Assembly: GCA_964609925.1 (NCBI GenBank)
Contig: CAZSUJ010000002.1
Location: 8,251-72,250, forward strand
DNA: 64,000 bases
Source: an uncultured Chthoniobacter sp.
GTDB lineage: Bacteria > Verrucomicrobiota > Verrucomicrobiia > Chthoniobacterales > JACTMZ01
Reading direction: 5' to 3'
The translations under genes were made by a program, and so were the position numbers. Shown here piece by piece: positions 44,215-54,908 of this stretch (position 1 is the first letter of the stretch; every line of letters starts with the position of its first letter). The notes below the pieces were generated by a model. That model saw only the letters and a list, made by a program, of their open reading frames with translations, ran no database searches and was not told the origin of the DNA.

Positions 44215-44299
44215 TGCTGCGCGGGGAATCTTCCCCAAATCCGCCTTACTGGAAAGCCGCGGATTCACGACGCCCTTTTGCGGCTTGACCCTGAAGCGC

Positions 44300-45295
44300 T
44301 TACCCGAGCGAGTTCGCCAGCCGCCGCGGCAGCAAAGGCCCTTCGAAAACCAGCGCGCTGTAGAGCTGGAGCAGACGGGCCCCCGCATCCAGCTTGCCGC
44401 GGGCCGAGGCGGGGTCCGATATGCCCCCCACCCCGATGACCGGACGCGTCGCGCACCCGGCCACCAGACGCACCACCGCCGTGGAGCGCTCCCGCAGTGG
44501 CACGCCGCTCAGCCCGCCCGGATGGTCGAGGTCCGGCGGAACGGACGAATGGTCAAGGGTGGTGTTCGTGGCGATCCACCCCGCCGCGCCCTCTTCCTCG
44601 CCCGCTCCGACGATGGCCGCGATATCCTCGTCGGCCAGATCCGGGGCGAGCTTCACCAGAACCGGCCGTCCTTCCGGATTCTCGCGCCGCACGGCCCGGA
44701 GGATGTCCCGCAGATGCCCCGAAGCCTGGAGTTCGCGCAGGCCGGGCGTATTGGGCGAGCTGACGTTCACGACGAAGTAATCGCCGAACTCCCGCAACGC
44801 GCGGAAGCTCGCCGCGTAATCGGCGGGCGCCTCCTCGAGCGGCGTGATGCGGGACTTGCCGAGGTTCACACCCACCGGCACGCGGGGCCACCGGCCGGAG
44901 GCGCGCCAGCGGGCAAGACGGGCCGCCACGGCCTGCGCCCCCTCGTTGTTGAAGCCCATGCGGTTGATCAACGCGCGACTGGCGGGCAACCGCCAAAGGC
45001 GCGGAGGATCGTTCCCTGGCTGGGCGTGGGCCGTGACGGTCCCGATCTCGACATGACCGAAGCCCATGAGCGGCCACGCAGGCAGCGCAATCGCGTTCTT
45101 GTCCATGCCCGCGGCCAGGCCGATCGCGTTCGGGAATTCCACACCGCAGAACTCCACCTTGCGCCCCGCAGGTGCTCCGACGTGCCGGCCGAGGACCGAC
45201 GCCGCGGCGGCGAGCAGACGCATGGTCATCTCGTGCGCGTGCTCGGCGGAGAGGCGGAACAGCAACGGACGGGCGATGGCTTCGTAAAGGCTCAT
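44300..45295 (-). CDS. pyrD: dihydroorotate dehydrogenase (quinone), class 2
   Basis: N-terminal membrane-association helix region (LYEAIARPLLFRLSAEHAHE), GLAAGMDKN, GFGHVEIGTVT, NRMGFNNEG, NVSSPNTPGLR motifs. Confidence 0.92.
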   Translation of the reverse strand: MSLYEAIARPLLFRLSAEHAHEMTMRLLAAAASVLGRHVGAPAGRKVEFCGVEFPNAIGLAAGMDKNAIALPAWPLMGFGHVEIGTVTAHAQPGNDPPRLWRLPASRALINRMGFNNEGAQAVAARLARWRASGRWPRVPVGVNLGKSRITPLEEAPADYAASFRALREFGDYFVVNVSSPNTPGLRELQASGHLRDILRAVRRENPEGRPVLVKLAPDLADEDIAAIVGAGEEEGAAGWIATNTTLDHSSVPPDLDHPGGLSGVPLRERSTAVVRLVAGCATRPVIGVGGISDPASARGKLDAGARLLQLYSALVFEGPLLPRRLANSLG

Positions 45296-46620
45296 TTTCC
45301 GATGCAGAAACTACCGAAAATCCGGTCGAGCACGTCCTCGGCGTCCGTCCCGCCCGTGATGCCGCCGACCGCGGCCAACGCGGCCCGCAACTCAACCGCG
45401 GTGAACTCCGGCGCGTCACCGCGCTCGAGCGAAGCCCGCGCCCGCTCCAACGCATCCCTCGCCTCGAGAAGAAGCCCTTGGTGGCGTGTGTTGATCGCCA
45501 CCACCTCGTCGAGCCGGCTGAGCGCCAGCGAGTCCACGCGGCCGGCGATGGAATCCACGAGTTGCTCCAATCCCCGGCCGTCCAGACAGCAAAGCGGCAT
45601 CACACCTTCCGGCAGAACCAACCCCGGACGCAGATCGATCTTGTTCACCACGATCAGCGCTTCGTAGGCCTCGGCACGCTCGCCCGGCCAAGCACCGGCT
45701 TCGACCACACGAAGCGCGATGTCGGCGCCGGCCACCTGATGCCGCGCCCGCCGCATCCCCTCGATCTCCAACGGGTCCACCGAGTCGCGCAAGCCGGCCG
45801 TGTCCACCACGCGGAAAGGAATGCCGCGCAGGGTGAGATTCTCCTCGATCGTGTCGCGGGTCGTCCCGGGAACCTCGCTCACCATCGCGCGGTCGTAGCC
45901 GACGAGGAGATTGAGGAGGCTCGACTTGCCGGCGTTGGGAGCGCCGTGGATGACGAGTCGCACACCCTCGCGCAGCATCCGCCCTTCGTCCGCTGTGGCA
46001 AGCAGGCGGTCGATGCGCCCCGACAAATCCACGACGCGCGCGAGCAAAGCGGCGCCGCTCTCGGGATCAATCCCTTCCTCCGGGAAATCAATGAACGCCT
46101 CCAGATGGGCAAGCGCGTCCAGCATGCCGGACCGCAGGTCCTCCACCGCCCGACCGAGCCGTCCCTCCAGCTGCACCGCAGCAGCGCGGGCCGAGGCCTC
46201 GCCCCGGGCGGCGATGAGATCCATCACCGCCTCGGCCTGCGTGAGGTCCATCTTGCCGTTGAGGAAGGCCCGCCGCGTGAACTCGCCGGGCTCAGCCGCA
46301 CGCGCACCCGCCGCGAGCAAGGCCCGCAGCACACCACGGGCCACGACCGTTCCACCATGGCCGCTGATCTCCACGACATCCTCGCCCGTGTAGCTGCGGG
46401 GCGCGCGGAAGACCGTGGCAAGAGCTTGGTCGATGACATGGCCGTCCTGCTCGACGCGACCGAGCACCACCCGCCCGGCTGCTTCCGCGGACAGCGGACG
46501 GGACCGGCGAAAAACCCGGTCCGCGATCTCGATGGCGGACGGCCCGCTGACCCGGATCACCGCGACCGCGCCGGCGCCGAAGGGCGTGGCCAAGGCGGCA
46601 ATCGTGTCCGCCGGGTCCAT
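45292..46620 (-). CDS. mnmE: tRNA modification GTPase MnmE
   Basis: DTIAALATPFGAGAVAVIRVSG N-terminus, G-domain GAPNAGKSSLLN / DTAG, and the invariant C-terminal CIGK. Confidence 0.95.
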   Translation of the reverse strand: MDPADTIAALATPFGAGAVAVIRVSGPSAIEIADRVFRRSRPLSAEAAGRVVLGRVEQDGHVIDQALATVFRAPRSYTGEDVVEISGHGGTVVARGVLRALLAAGARAAEPGEFTRRAFLNGKMDLTQAEAVMDLIAARGEASARAAAVQLEGRLGRAVEDLRSGMLDALAHLEAFIDFPEEGIDPESGAALLARVVDLSGRIDRLLATADEGRMLREGVRLVIHGAPNAGKSSLLNLLVGYDRAMVSEVPGTTRDTIEENLTLRGIPFRVVDTAGLRDSVDPLEIEGMRRARHQVAGADIALRVVEAGAWPGERAEAYEALIVVNKIDLRPGLVLPEGVMPLCCLDGRGLEQLVDSIAGRVDSLALSRLDEVVAINTRHQGLLLEARDALERARASLERGDAPEFTAVELRAALAAVGGITGGTDAEDVLDRIFGSFCIGK

Positions 46621-47744
46621 CAGGACGCCGCGACAAGTTCCCCGCGTCCGACCAAGCCCTCGCGGTCGAGTTCGCGCAGCGCCTCCATGAAAACGCGATT
46701 CTGCGGCATGGTGCCGACCGAGACGCGCATCCAGGCGGGCAAGCCGTAGCTTCCCATGGCGCGAACGATGATGCCGCGGCGCAGGAGCGCTTCGAAGACC
46801 TTCTTGCCGTCGCCCACACGGACGAGGACGAAATTCGCGTGGCTGGGAACGAACTCGAGGCCCATGTCGAGGAAGCCGGCCTGCAGGAAGGCGCGGCCCT
46901 CATTCGTCACCCGCCGCGTCGCCTCCATGTGCTCGCGGTCACGCAACCCGGCCAGCGCGCCCGCCTGCGCGATGCCGTTGACATTGAACGGCTGACGCGC
47001 CTTTTGCAGGATCTCGATGATCTCGGGCGCAGCCACGCCGTAGCCGATGCGGAGGTTGGCCAGACCCTGGATCTTCGAGAATGTGCGCAGGACGACGACA
47101 TTGCGTCCGGCCCGCACGTATTTGAGCACGTCCGGCGGCTCGTCGAGGAACTCGAAGTAAGCCTCGTCGAACACGACCATGACATGCCCCGGCACGCGGT
47201 CCATGAACCGGTCGATGTCGTCCTGGAAGACCATCGTGCCGGTCGGGTTGTTGGGATTCGCGATGAAGACTTCCTTCGTGCGCGGCGTGATCGCCGCCAG
47301 CATGCCGTCCAGGTCATGGACGAATCCCGGATCAGGAACATCAACGACCTTCGCGCCGAAAAGCTGCGCCATCAGGCGATAGACCGCGAACGAGTGTTCG
47401 GCCACCACGACCTCGTCACCCGGTTGCAGGTAGGCGTGGCCGAGGAACTCGATGATCTCGTTCGACCCGCAGCCGAGAATGACATTCTGCATGGCCAGGC
47501 CGAGCTGCTCCGCGACCGCCTCCCGCAGGTAATAGCCGCCGCCGTCCGGGTAGAAATGGGCCCGCTCCAGGGTGTCGATCATGGCCTGCCGCGCCTTGGG
47601 TGACGGGCCGAGCGGGTTCTCGTTGGAGGCGAGCTTGATGATCTTCTCCGGCTCGATGCCCAATTCGCGGGCGAGATCCTCGACCGGCTTGCCGGGTTCG
47701 TAGGAGACGAGGTCGCGCAGTTGCGGGTTCGCGTATTTCCACAT
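46620..47744 (-). CDS. hisC: histidinol-phosphate aminotransferase
   Basis: KLASNENPLGPSP, YPDGGGYYLR, and a TFSK PLP-lysine motif (LRTFSKIQGLANLRIGY). Start at MWKYANPQ (cat 47742-47744). The 695-aa ORF extension is antisense to the phosphoesterase gene. Confidence 0.92.
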   Translation of the reverse strand: MWKYANPQLRDLVSYEPGKPVEDLARELGIEPEKIIKLASNENPLGPSPKARQAMIDTLERAHFYPDGGGYYLREAVAEQLGLAMQNVILGCGSNEIIEFLGHAYLQPGDEVVVAEHSFAVYRLMAQLFGAKVVDVPDPGFVHDLDGMLAAITPRTKEVFIANPNNPTGTMVFQDDIDRFMDRVPGHVMVVFDEAYFEFLDEPPDVLKYVRAGRNVVVLRTFSKIQGLANLRIGYGVAAPEIIEILQKARQPFNVNGIAQAGALAGLRDREHMEATRRVTNEGRAFLQAGFLDMGLEFVPSHANFVLVRVGDGKKVFEALLRRGIIVRAMGSYGLPAWMRVSVGTMPQNRVFMEALRELDREGLVGRGELVAAS

Positions 47745-47810
47745 GGCCGGAAACCATAGGGCGGACAGTGCGGGTTTGCGAGCGCAAGGCCGCGGGGGCA
47801 CAATCCGCCC

Positions 47811-48251
47811 GTGCGCATCGCCGTCATCGCGGACACCCACAACCGGCTCCCGGATTCCATCCGCGAGGCCATCCGCAAGGCCGACGAAATCTGGCACCTC
47901 GGCGACATCTGCACTGCCGAACTGCTGGCGGAACTGCGCTCGCTCGGGCCGCCGGTCTCCGCCATCCGCGGCAATTGCGACCCCCGCGGCCTCGCCCCGG
48001 AAAGCCTCCTCCTCGAGCGCGGCGGCCAGTGCTTCTACCTCGTGCACGAACCGCCGTCCGTCACGCCCCCGTCCGCGACCTTCGCCCTCCACGGCCACAC
48101 GCACGTGCCGCGCGACGAGGTGCTGCGCGGCGTCCGCCTGCTCAACCCGGGCAGCGTCGGCAAAGCGAACCACGGCGCCCCCGCCTCTTTCGCATGGCTG
48201 GAGGTCAAGCCGGACTGCCCCCTCGTCTGGACCATCCAGCCGGTGGGTTGA
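47811..48251 (+). CDS. metallophosphoesterase (YfcE/MJ0936-like)
   Basis: IAVIADTHN, HLGD, GNCD, HGHTH motifs. 146 aa. Confidence 0.88.
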   Translation: MRIAVIADTHNRLPDSIREAIRKADEIWHLGDICTAELLAELRSLGPPVSAIRGNCDPRGLAPESLLLERGGQCFYLVHEPPSVTPPSATFALHGHTHVPRDEVLRGVRLLNPGSVGKANHGAPASFAWLEVKPDCPLVWTIQPVG

Positions 48252-48297
48252 CACGCGAGGTTGAGCCCGCGGCGGTTTGCACGCATATTCAAGGCAG

Positions 48298-49005
48298 ATG
48301 TCCCGCGCCCTCATCATCGCCGTCATCCTTTCCGCTGCCGTGGCGCCGTCGTTCGCCCAGGAAACACCCGCCGCCAGTCCTTCGCCTGTCCGGGTCATTC
48401 CCGAAATGGAAATCTCGGGCGACGAGAAGCCGATCGTCGAAACGAACTCCGATTCGTCGAGTCCTCGGCTGCGCGAGGAGGTGAATCTCGCCGACACGCC
48501 TGATTCCTTCGACATCCCGATCCCCGCCGACGCACCTCCGCCCGACAAGGCGCCCGAGGTGACCGGCGCGCTCCCCGGCGAGGAACCGGTGCGGGAGCGT
48601 CCACCGGTGACGGGAACGGTTGATGTGACCGCGAAGAACAACGGGCAGATCGTGCAGGCCAAGGTCGGCGACCTCATCCGCATCCGCCTCGAGGCGAACC
48701 CGAGCACCGGTTACAGTTGGGAGCTGCGCGATTTCGAGTTCGGAGTGGCCGAGTTTTTCAATGCCGATCTCGCGCCTCGCGATGGCGGCAACATGATGTT
48801 CGGCGCCCCTGGCGACGCGGTCATCACCCTGCAAGCGATCAAGCCCGGGCAGCAGAAAATCCAGCTCGTCTACCGGAGGATCTGGGAGCCGCCGGACCAA
48901 GTCGCCGCCACGTTCGGCTTCGAGCTCGACGTCGCGGGTGACGCACCCACGCCCGCCACCGAAGCGGCAACCCCTCCCGCCCCCACCCCGACACCCGCGC
49001 CGTGA
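48298..49005 (+). CDS. secreted chagasin-family (I42) cysteine-peptidase inhibitor-like protein
   Basis: Signal peptide [21 protein letters not shown], Pro/Glu-rich linker, then [13 protein letters not shown] ... [16 protein letters not shown] ... YRRIWE, typical of the chagasin/ICP fold. Confidence 0.7.
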   Translation: MSRALIIAVILSAAVAPSFAQETPAASPSPVRVIPEMEISGDEKPIVETNSDSSSPRLREEVNLADTPDSFDIPIPADAPPPDKAPEVTGALPGEEPVRERPPVTGTVDVTAKNNGQIVQAKVGDLIRIRLEANPSTGYSWELRDFEFGVAEFFNADLAPRDGGNMMFGAPGDAVITLQAIKPGQQKIQLVYRRIWEPPDQVAATFGFELDVAGDAPTPATEAATPPAPTPTPAP

Positions 49006-49787
49006 CCGACCCGCTTGTCATCGCGGGCCGCGCCTTCGGATCGCGGCTGCTCCTCGGCACGGGCAAGTTCGCTTCGCCCGTCGTCATGCGTGATGCCTTG
49101 GAGGCCAGCGGCACGGAAATCGTGACGGTCGCCCTGCGCCGCGCCGACTTGAGCGGGAACCACGACCCTTTTGCGGACATCCTCGACTTCATTGATCAGG
49201 ACAAGTTCCTCCTTCTGCCCAACACCAGCGGAGCCATGAACGCCGACGAGGCCGTGCGTCTGGCGCGGCTGGCCGCCACGGCCGGTCTGCCGAAGTGGGT
49301 CAAACTCGAGATCCACCCCGACCCGCAATACCTCCTGCCCGATCCCATCGAGACCCTTCGCGCGACCGAGATCCTCGCGGCCGAGGGCTTCACCGTCCTT
49401 CCCTACATCAACGCCGACCCCGTCCTGGCCAAGCGCCTTGAGGAAGCCGGTGCCGCCACCGTCATGCCGCTCGGGTCGCCCATCGGCAGCAACCGCGGCC
49501 TCGAGACCCGCTCGCAGATCGCCATCATCATCGAACAGGCCCGCGTTCCGGTCGTGGTGGACGCCGGCATTGGTGCGCCCAGCCACGCCGCCGAGGCGCT
49601 CGAGATGGGAGCGGACGCGGTGCTCGTCAACACCGCCATCGCCGTGGCCGAGGACCCGGTGCGCATGGCCCGCGCTTTCCGCATGGCCGTCGAAGCCGGG
49701 CGCACCGCGCGACTCTCGGGCCTGCCCTCGCGCGAAGACACCGCGTCACCCACCAGCCCGCTCACCGCGTTCCTGCAGGCGGGTTGA
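49002..49787 (+). CDS. thiG: thiazole synthase
   Basis: [48 protein letters not shown] motifs. GTGA overlap with the upstream stop. Confidence 0.93.
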   Translation: MTDPLVIAGRAFGSRLLLGTGKFASPVVMRDALEASGTEIVTVALRRADLSGNHDPFADILDFIDQDKFLLLPNTSGAMNADEAVRLARLAATAGLPKWVKLEIHPDPQYLLPDPIETLRATEILAAEGFTVLPYINADPVLAKRLEEAGAATVMPLGSPIGSNRGLETRSQIAIIIEQARVPVVVDAGIGAPSHAAEALEMGADAVLVNTAIAVAEDPVRMARAFRMAVEAGRTARLSGLPSREDTASPTSPLTAFLQAG

Positions 49788-51874
49788 ATGCGATGAGACG
49801 CCTCGTCCTGCAAAGCCTCGCCCTGTTCCTCGTGCTGGCGGCGCCCTTGGGCGCGCAGATGCACCAAGGCCGCCAACTTGTCGAAGCGCGCCTCGTCGCC
49901 AACACCACGGCCATCGTGCCGGGACAGCCCTTCCGCGTCGGGCTCCACCTCCGAATGGCGCCAGGTTGGCACACATATTGGGAGAACCCCGGAGACTCGG
50001 GTTTGCCGACCGAGTTCAAGCTCCCCGCCCCCCCCGGATTCGAGGTGGGACCGGTCGTCTGGCCGCTCCCGCGCCGCATCCTCGAACCGGGCGATGTGGT
50101 CGTTTATGCCTACAAAGGCGAGGTTCTGCTCGTCCGCACGGTGACGCCGCCCGCGCAGATCGCGGAGACATCCATCGGTTTCCGCTCCGAGGCGAAATGG
50201 CTCGTCTGCGAGGCCATCTGCATCCCCGGCAAGGCGGCCCCGGAGCTCACGTTGCCGGTCGCCGCGACCGCCGCGAGCGACAACGCCGAACTCTTTGCCA
50301 CGTTCGCCGCGCAAGAACCCGCCACAACGCCACCGCCGTTCGAGACGGTATGGACGGCGACGCCAACCGGCTGGAACCTCGGGTTGCGCGGAGTGGAGGG
50401 ATTCCGTTCGGCCGACTTCTTTCCATTCGCCAACGACGCGCATTCCGTCGACCACGTGACGGCGCGTGACCTCGCCTCCGGCGCAGCGGATCTGGCCATT
50501 CCCGTCGATGCCGGAACACCGGTCAGCGGCGTCCTGGTGCTAGAGAACGGCGAACGCAAAGGCTGGGTGCTATCTAGCGCGGCACCGGCGGCTCCTGCCG
50601 CGAAACCGGCGCCAGCCTCGGCGCTCTGGACCTACCTGCTCTTTGGATTCCTGGGCGGATTCATCCTCAACTTGATGCCCTGCGTTCTTCCGGTCATCTC
50701 GCTCAAGATCTTCGGCTTCCTGCGGCAGGCGGGCGATTCGCGGGCGAGCATCCTGCGGCACGGATTCGCCTTCGTGGCGGGTATCTTCGTGTGGTTCCTC
50801 GGGCTTGCCGCCGTCATCATCGCGCTCAAGGCCGCCGGGAGCGAGGTCACCTGGGCGTTCCAGTTCCAGAACCCGTGGTTCAATTTCATCATCGGCGCGG
50901 TCGTGTTCGTCTTCGCTTTGAACCTCTTCGGCGTGTTCGAGATCGTGCTGCCCGGACGCGCGGCCACCGGCTTGGCCGAGGCGGCGGGACACGGCGGATT
51001 GGCCGGGTCGTTCGCGCAGGGAATCCTCGCCACGCTCTTGGCCACGCCCTGCACGGCGCCGTTCCTCGGCACAGCGCTCGGGTTCGCGTTCAGCCAGAGC
51101 CCGGCGGTCATCGCCGCCATGTTCGCCTCGATCGCCGCAGGCATGGGCTTCCCCTACATCGTCCTCTCGGCGCAGCCCGGCTGGATGCGCTTCCTTCCGA
51201 AGCCCGGCGCTTGGATGGAACGGCTCAAGCAGTTCATGGGTTTCCCCCTCGCGGCCACCCTCCTCTGGCTCCTCTACGTGATCGGCCAGCAACGCGGCAC
51301 GGACGCCGTCATCTGGGCCGCCGCCGCCTACCTCTGCCTCGGCCTGGCCGCCTGGATCTACGGGTCCTTTCTCGGGCCGCTGTCGTCTCCGCGCGCCCGC
51401 TGGTTGGGCGCGGCCGGCGTCGGCGCCTCACTGCTGCTCGGACTCGGTTACTTCGCGGGAAACCTCTTCGCCCGCGCCGCGGCGGCACCGCCCGCGGAAG
51501 GGCGCGCGGCCTCGACCGACGGCATCCCTTGGGTCCCGTTCTCGGAAGCCGAGTTGAATCGTCTCCTCGGCGAGGGCAAGCCCGTGTTCCTCGATTTCAC
51601 CGCCGACTGGTGCCTGACCTGCAAATTCAACGAGCGCACCGCCATCGACACGCCCACCGTGCGCGCGCTGCTGCAAGAAAAGGGCATCGTGCCGATGAAA
51701 GCCGACTGGACGAACAGCAACCCCGAGATCACGCGAAAGCTGGCGCAGTTTGACAGGGTCGGCGTCCCGTTCTACCTGTTCTATCCGCCCGGCCGAAGGG
51801 ACAACCCGGACATCCTTCCGGAACTGCTCACCGAGCAGATCGTCCTCCGCGCGCTCGGCGGTCAGTCACCTTGA
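49784..51874 (+). CDS. dsbD: thiol:disulfide interchange protein DsbD-like (N-terminal DsbD-alpha-like + CcdA/DsbD TM core + C-terminal thioredoxin)
   Basis: Signal peptide, TM core with conserved Cys-Pro ([10 protein letters not shown] ... [11 protein letters not shown]), and C-terminal thioredoxin WCLTC. Confidence 0.88.
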   Translation: MNAMRRLVLQSLALFLVLAAPLGAQMHQGRQLVEARLVANTTAIVPGQPFRVGLHLRMAPGWHTYWENPGDSGLPTEFKLPAPPGFEVGPVVWPLPRRILEPGDVVVYAYKGEVLLVRTVTPPAQIAETSIGFRSEAKWLVCEAICIPGKAAPELTLPVAATAASDNAELFATFAAQEPATTPPPFETVWTATPTGWNLGLRGVEGFRSADFFPFANDAHSVDHVTARDLASGAADLAIPVDAGTPVSGVLVLENGERKGWVLSSAAPAAPAAKPAPASALWTYLLFGFLGGFILNLMPCVLPVISLKIFGFLRQAGDSRASILRHGFAFVAGIFVWFLGLAAVIIALKAAGSEVTWAFQFQNPWFNFIIGAVVFVFALNLFGVFEIVLPGRAATGLAEAAGHGGLAGSFAQGILATLLATPCTAPFLGTALGFAFSQSPAVIAAMFASIAAGMGFPYIVLSAQPGWMRFLPKPGAWMERLKQFMGFPLAATLLWLLYVIGQQRGTDAVIWAAAAYLCLGLAAWIYGSFLGPLSSPRARWLGAAGVGASLLLGLGYFAGNLFARAAAAPPAEGRAASTDGIPWVPFSEAELNRLLGEGKPVFLDFTADWCLTCKFNERTAIDTPTVRALLQEKGIVPMKADWTNSNPEITRKLAQFDRVGVPFYLFYPPGRRDNPDILPELLTEQIVLRALGGQSP

Positions 51875-51894
51875 ACCAAACAAACGCCTCAAAC

Positions 51895-52497
51895 ATGAAG
51901 AAAACCATCTCCACGCTCCTCACCCTCATCGCCTGCGCCGCCGTCAGCGTCGCCGCCCCCGAGGTCGGCAAGCCCGCCCCGGAATTCACCCTCACCGACT
52001 CGAACGGCAAGTCGCACAACCTTTCCGACTTCAAGGGCAAGGTCGTCGTCCTCGAGTGGCTCAACCACGGCTGCCCGTTCGTGCAGAAGCACTATGACGG
52101 CGGCAACATGCAGGGCCTGCAGAAGAAATACGCCGGCGAAGGCGTCGTGTGGCTCTCCATCGTCTCGTCCGCCCCGGGCAAGCAAGGCCACATGTCACCC
52201 GAAGAAACGAACAAGACGAAGGCCGAGAAGAATTCCGCCGCCACCGCGGTGCTTCTCGACGAGGACGGCAAGGTCGGCCGCCTCTACAACGCGAAGGTCA
52301 CGCCCGAACTCTTCGTCATCAACAAGGAAGGCGTGCTCGTCTATGCCGGGGCGATCGACGACAAGAAATCCACCGATGCCGCCGACGTTGCCGGCGCGAA
52401 GAACCACGTGGCCGCGGCCCTCGACGAGACGCTGGCCGGCAAGCCGGTCTCCGTCCCCACCACGACCGCTTACGGTTGCTCGGTGAAATACAACTGA
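51895..52497 (+). CDS. secreted thioredoxin-fold redoxin (AhpC/TSA-like)
   Basis: Signal peptide MKKTISTLLTLIACAAVSVAAP; GKPAPEFTL.D..GK...LSDFKGKVVVLEW.NHGCPFV pattern. Confidence 0.8.
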   Translation: MKKTISTLLTLIACAAVSVAAPEVGKPAPEFTLTDSNGKSHNLSDFKGKVVVLEWLNHGCPFVQKHYDGGNMQGLQKKYAGEGVVWLSIVSSAPGKQGHMSPEETNKTKAEKNSAATAVLLDEDGKVGRLYNAKVTPELFVINKEGVLVYAGAIDDKKSTDAADVAGAKNHVAAALDETLAGKPVSVPTTTAYGCSVKYN

Positions 52498-52520
52498 GCC
52501 CCGAGGTCAGGATTCAAGAG

Positions 52521-52554
52521 ACCGCCGGCCAGCGATGGCCGGCGGTTTTTCTTT
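52521..52554. terminator. bidirectional rho-independent terminator between convergent genes
   Basis: Perfect 11-bp stem ACCGCCGGCCA / TGGCCGGCGGT (52521-52531 / 52536-52546), GCGA loop, then TTTTCTTT. The reverse strand gives the same hairpin followed by a weaker T-rich tail. Confidence 0.85.
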
Positions 52555-53398
52555 ATTCGGGAATCTTGAGGACCATGCCCGGCTTGAGCTTGGTCGGGTC
52601 GGGCACGATGTCCTTGTTGGCATCGGCGATTTTCTGCCATTGGCCCGCGCTCTTGTAGAACTTGCGCGAGATCCCGGCGAGCGTGTCGCCCTTCTGCACG
52701 GTGTAGGTCTTCGCCGCCGCGGCAGCCGCCGGCGCAGGGGCGGAAGCGGGAGCGGCTCCCGGCGCCGGAGCGACCGTGGCACTCACCGGCACGGCCCGGC
52801 GCACCTCAGGCTCGGGAGCAGCGGCCGGGGCCGGAGCGGGAGGAGGAGTGGCCGCGACAACCATCGCGGGCGGGGCCGCAGGCACCGGAGCTGCAGGCGG
52901 GGCGGGCGCACGGGATGCGGCCTTGTCACCACCCGAGTGGAGCTTGCGCAACTCGGTGACTTGCTGCCGCAACTCGAGGTTCTCGTTCTTCAGCCGCGAG
53001 GCCTCGCGCGCCGGAAGGACCGTGCCCTCGGACAGACGCGAAACGATCAACATGCGGATCCGCTCGACATAGGTCTTCACGTCGTTGGCGAACTGCCCCT
53101 GCGGCGCGAGTTCGAGGTAGCGCTCGAAATGATGCAGCGCGCCCACCTCGTTCTTCAGTTTGTCCTCGTAGAGCAATCCGAGCCGGTAGTGCGCCTCGGC
53201 CGAGAGCAACGTCCCGTCCATCGCCGTCTCGTAATGCTGCACCGCCCGCTGGAATTCGCCGCGCTGGACGGCCTCGTTGCCTTCCCTGATGTTGCGGCTC
53301 GTTTGCGAGAACGTGAGCAAATCGCAGCCACCGAGGAAGACCGCGGAGAGAGCGAGGACAACGGGCAGACGCCGGAACGTAACGGCTGGTTGGAACAT
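52553..53398 (-). CDS. lipoprotein with TPR-like N-terminal region, coiled coil, Pro/Ala-rich linker and C-terminal LysM domain
   Basis: Lipobox LSAVFLGGC. C-terminal YTVQKGDTLAGISRKFY...W..IADAN...PDPTKLKPGMVLKIP is a LysM motif. Start at MFQPAVTF (cat 53396-53398). Confidence 0.8.
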   Translation of the reverse strand: MFQPAVTFRRLPVVLALSAVFLGGCDLLTFSQTSRNIREGNEAVQRGEFQRAVQHYETAMDGTLLSAEAHYRLGLLYEDKLKNEVGALHHFERYLELAPQGQFANDVKTYVERIRMLIVSRLSEGTVLPAREASRLKNENLELRQQVTELRKLHSGGDKAASRAPAPPAAPVPAAPPAMVVAATPPPAPAPAAAPEPEVRRAVPVSATVAPAPGAAPASAPAPAAAAAAKTYTVQKGDTLAGISRKFYKSAGQWQKIADANKDIVPDPTKLKPGMVLKIPE

Positions 53399-53422
53399 GG
53401 GCGGGATGATATAAGACGGTTC

Positions 53423-53956
53423 ATGCCGCGCAAGGTTGTCATCCTTCTCCTCGCCGCCGCGGTGACGGCGAACTCCGGTTGCCAGACAAAGCCCCGCGAC
53501 GAGCCGCAGCCCGTTGCCGCCAAAGTCGCGGCCACACCGACGCCTACCCCCAGACAGACCCCGACACCGCGCAAACCTCCGACTCCTGCGCCCGCAGCGG
53601 TTGAAAAACCCACACCCTCGCCACCGCAGCAAGCAAGCAGCCGGAACGAAGACCTCTCCTCGCTGATCAAGGGCGAGACACGCTGGGCGGACAACCGCCG
53701 CGAAGCCTTGATCGTGACCGACCAGCGTGGTGCAGCCGCAACCGAGCCCGTCCCGCTCTTCCGCCAGGCCATCGTGATCGCATCCGTGCGTTCGGCCGTG
53801 GCCGGCTCCGCCGCCGCTCCCGAGGCCTCATTCCGCAACGGTCAACTGACCCTGACGTTCCGCCGCGGCACGTCCTCGGAGGTCGCCGCGGCTGTGAACC
53901 GCGCTCTCGCCGTCCCTGAGGTCGGCCGCCTCGTCGTCGTCCCGCCGGCGAACTGA
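53423..53956 (+). CDS. hypothetical lipoprotein (Pro/Thr-rich linker + small C-terminal domain)
   Basis: MPRKVVILLLAAAVTANSGC lipobox. 177 aa. The upstream part of the 473-aa ORF is antisense to the LysM gene. Confidence 0.6.
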   Translation: MPRKVVILLLAAAVTANSGCQTKPRDEPQPVAAKVAATPTPTPRQTPTPRKPPTPAPAAVEKPTPSPPQQASSRNEDLSSLIKGETRWADNRREALIVTDQRGAAATEPVPLFRQAIVIASVRSAVAGSAAAPEASFRNGQLTLTFRRGTSSEVAAAVNRALAVPEVGRLVVVPPAN

Positions 53957-53964
53957 CCACCGCC

Positions 53965-54723
53965 TCAGCCCCGCCGCCGCAGCATTCCGGGCAGCCCGTA
54001 TTTGAGGATGCAGCGGATCGCGCTGACGCCGTCCTTCCAATTGATCTTCTTCCCCTCGGCGTAGGTGCGTCCGTGGTAGGCCACACCCACCTCGTAAATC
54101 CTCAATCCGCGTCGGGCGATCTTCGCCGTCACCTCCGGCTCGAACCCGAAGCGCGGCTCCTCGAGCCGGATCGTCGCTAGCACCTCGCGGCGGAACGCCT
54201 TGTATCCGCATTCCATGTCCGTGAGGTTCAAATCGGTCACCATGTTCGAGAGCAGGGTCAGGAAATTGTTCCCGAGCGAGTGCCAGAAATAGAGAACACG
54301 GTGACTCGCGCCTCCGGTGAAACGCGATCCGAACACCACGTCCGCTCCCTCGCGGCGGATGGGCTCAAGCAGCCGCCCATAATCCGAAGGGTCGTATTCG
54401 AAGTCCGCGTCCTGCACCAAGACGATGTCCCCGGTCGCCGCCGCGAAGCCCGTGTGCAATGCCGCCCCCTTGCCACGGTTGAGCTCATGGCGAAGCACGC
54501 GAACCCGTCCGCCGTGCAACGCTGCGACTCCCTGCAGCGCCTCCCACGTTCCGTCTGAGGAACCGTCATCCACCACGATCAACTCCCCCACCGCCTCTTG
54601 CGCCAGCACACGCGCGCACACCGGGGCGACCGACCCGGCCTCATTGTAAACGGGCATGACCACGCTCAGCCGCAAGGCGACGGCGGCGGCAGATGGCGCG
54701 TGGCTTGCGGACGCTTTCAACAA
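53965..54723 (-). CDS. family 2 glycosyltransferase
   Basis: [35 protein letters not shown] (DxD) motifs. Confidence 0.9.
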   Translation of the reverse strand: MLKASASHAPSAAAVALRLSVVMPVYNEAGSVAPVCARVLAQEAVGELIVVDDGSSDGTWEALQGVAALHGGRVRVLRHELNRGKGAALHTGFAAATGDIVLVQDADFEYDPSDYGRLLEPIRREGADVVFGSRFTGGASHRVLYFWHSLGNNFLTLLSNMVTDLNLTDMECGYKAFRREVLATIRLEEPRFGFEPEVTAKIARRGLRIYEVGVAYHGRTYAEGKKINWKDGVSAIRCILKYGLPGMLRRRG

Positions 54724-54908
54724 CGGTCTTGGTAGGCCGAGCGGACTCGCGGGGCAACCGGGAACCGCGCCACTGACGATGCTTTGATGTTACGAAAGAT
54801 TCACAAATCACGGGTGGTGTCACTGCTCGCGGGAAGCGATTGAACACGCGCCGTCGCGCTGCCGCTCAGCGGCCACGGCAAGCAACCCACAAACAAACGA
54901 GACACACC

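Noticed and set aside
43354-46749. Plus-strand ORFs 43354..44439, 44135..45667 and 45172..46749.
   Set aside because: They are antisense to yihY, pyrD and mnmE, all of which carry strong family motifs.
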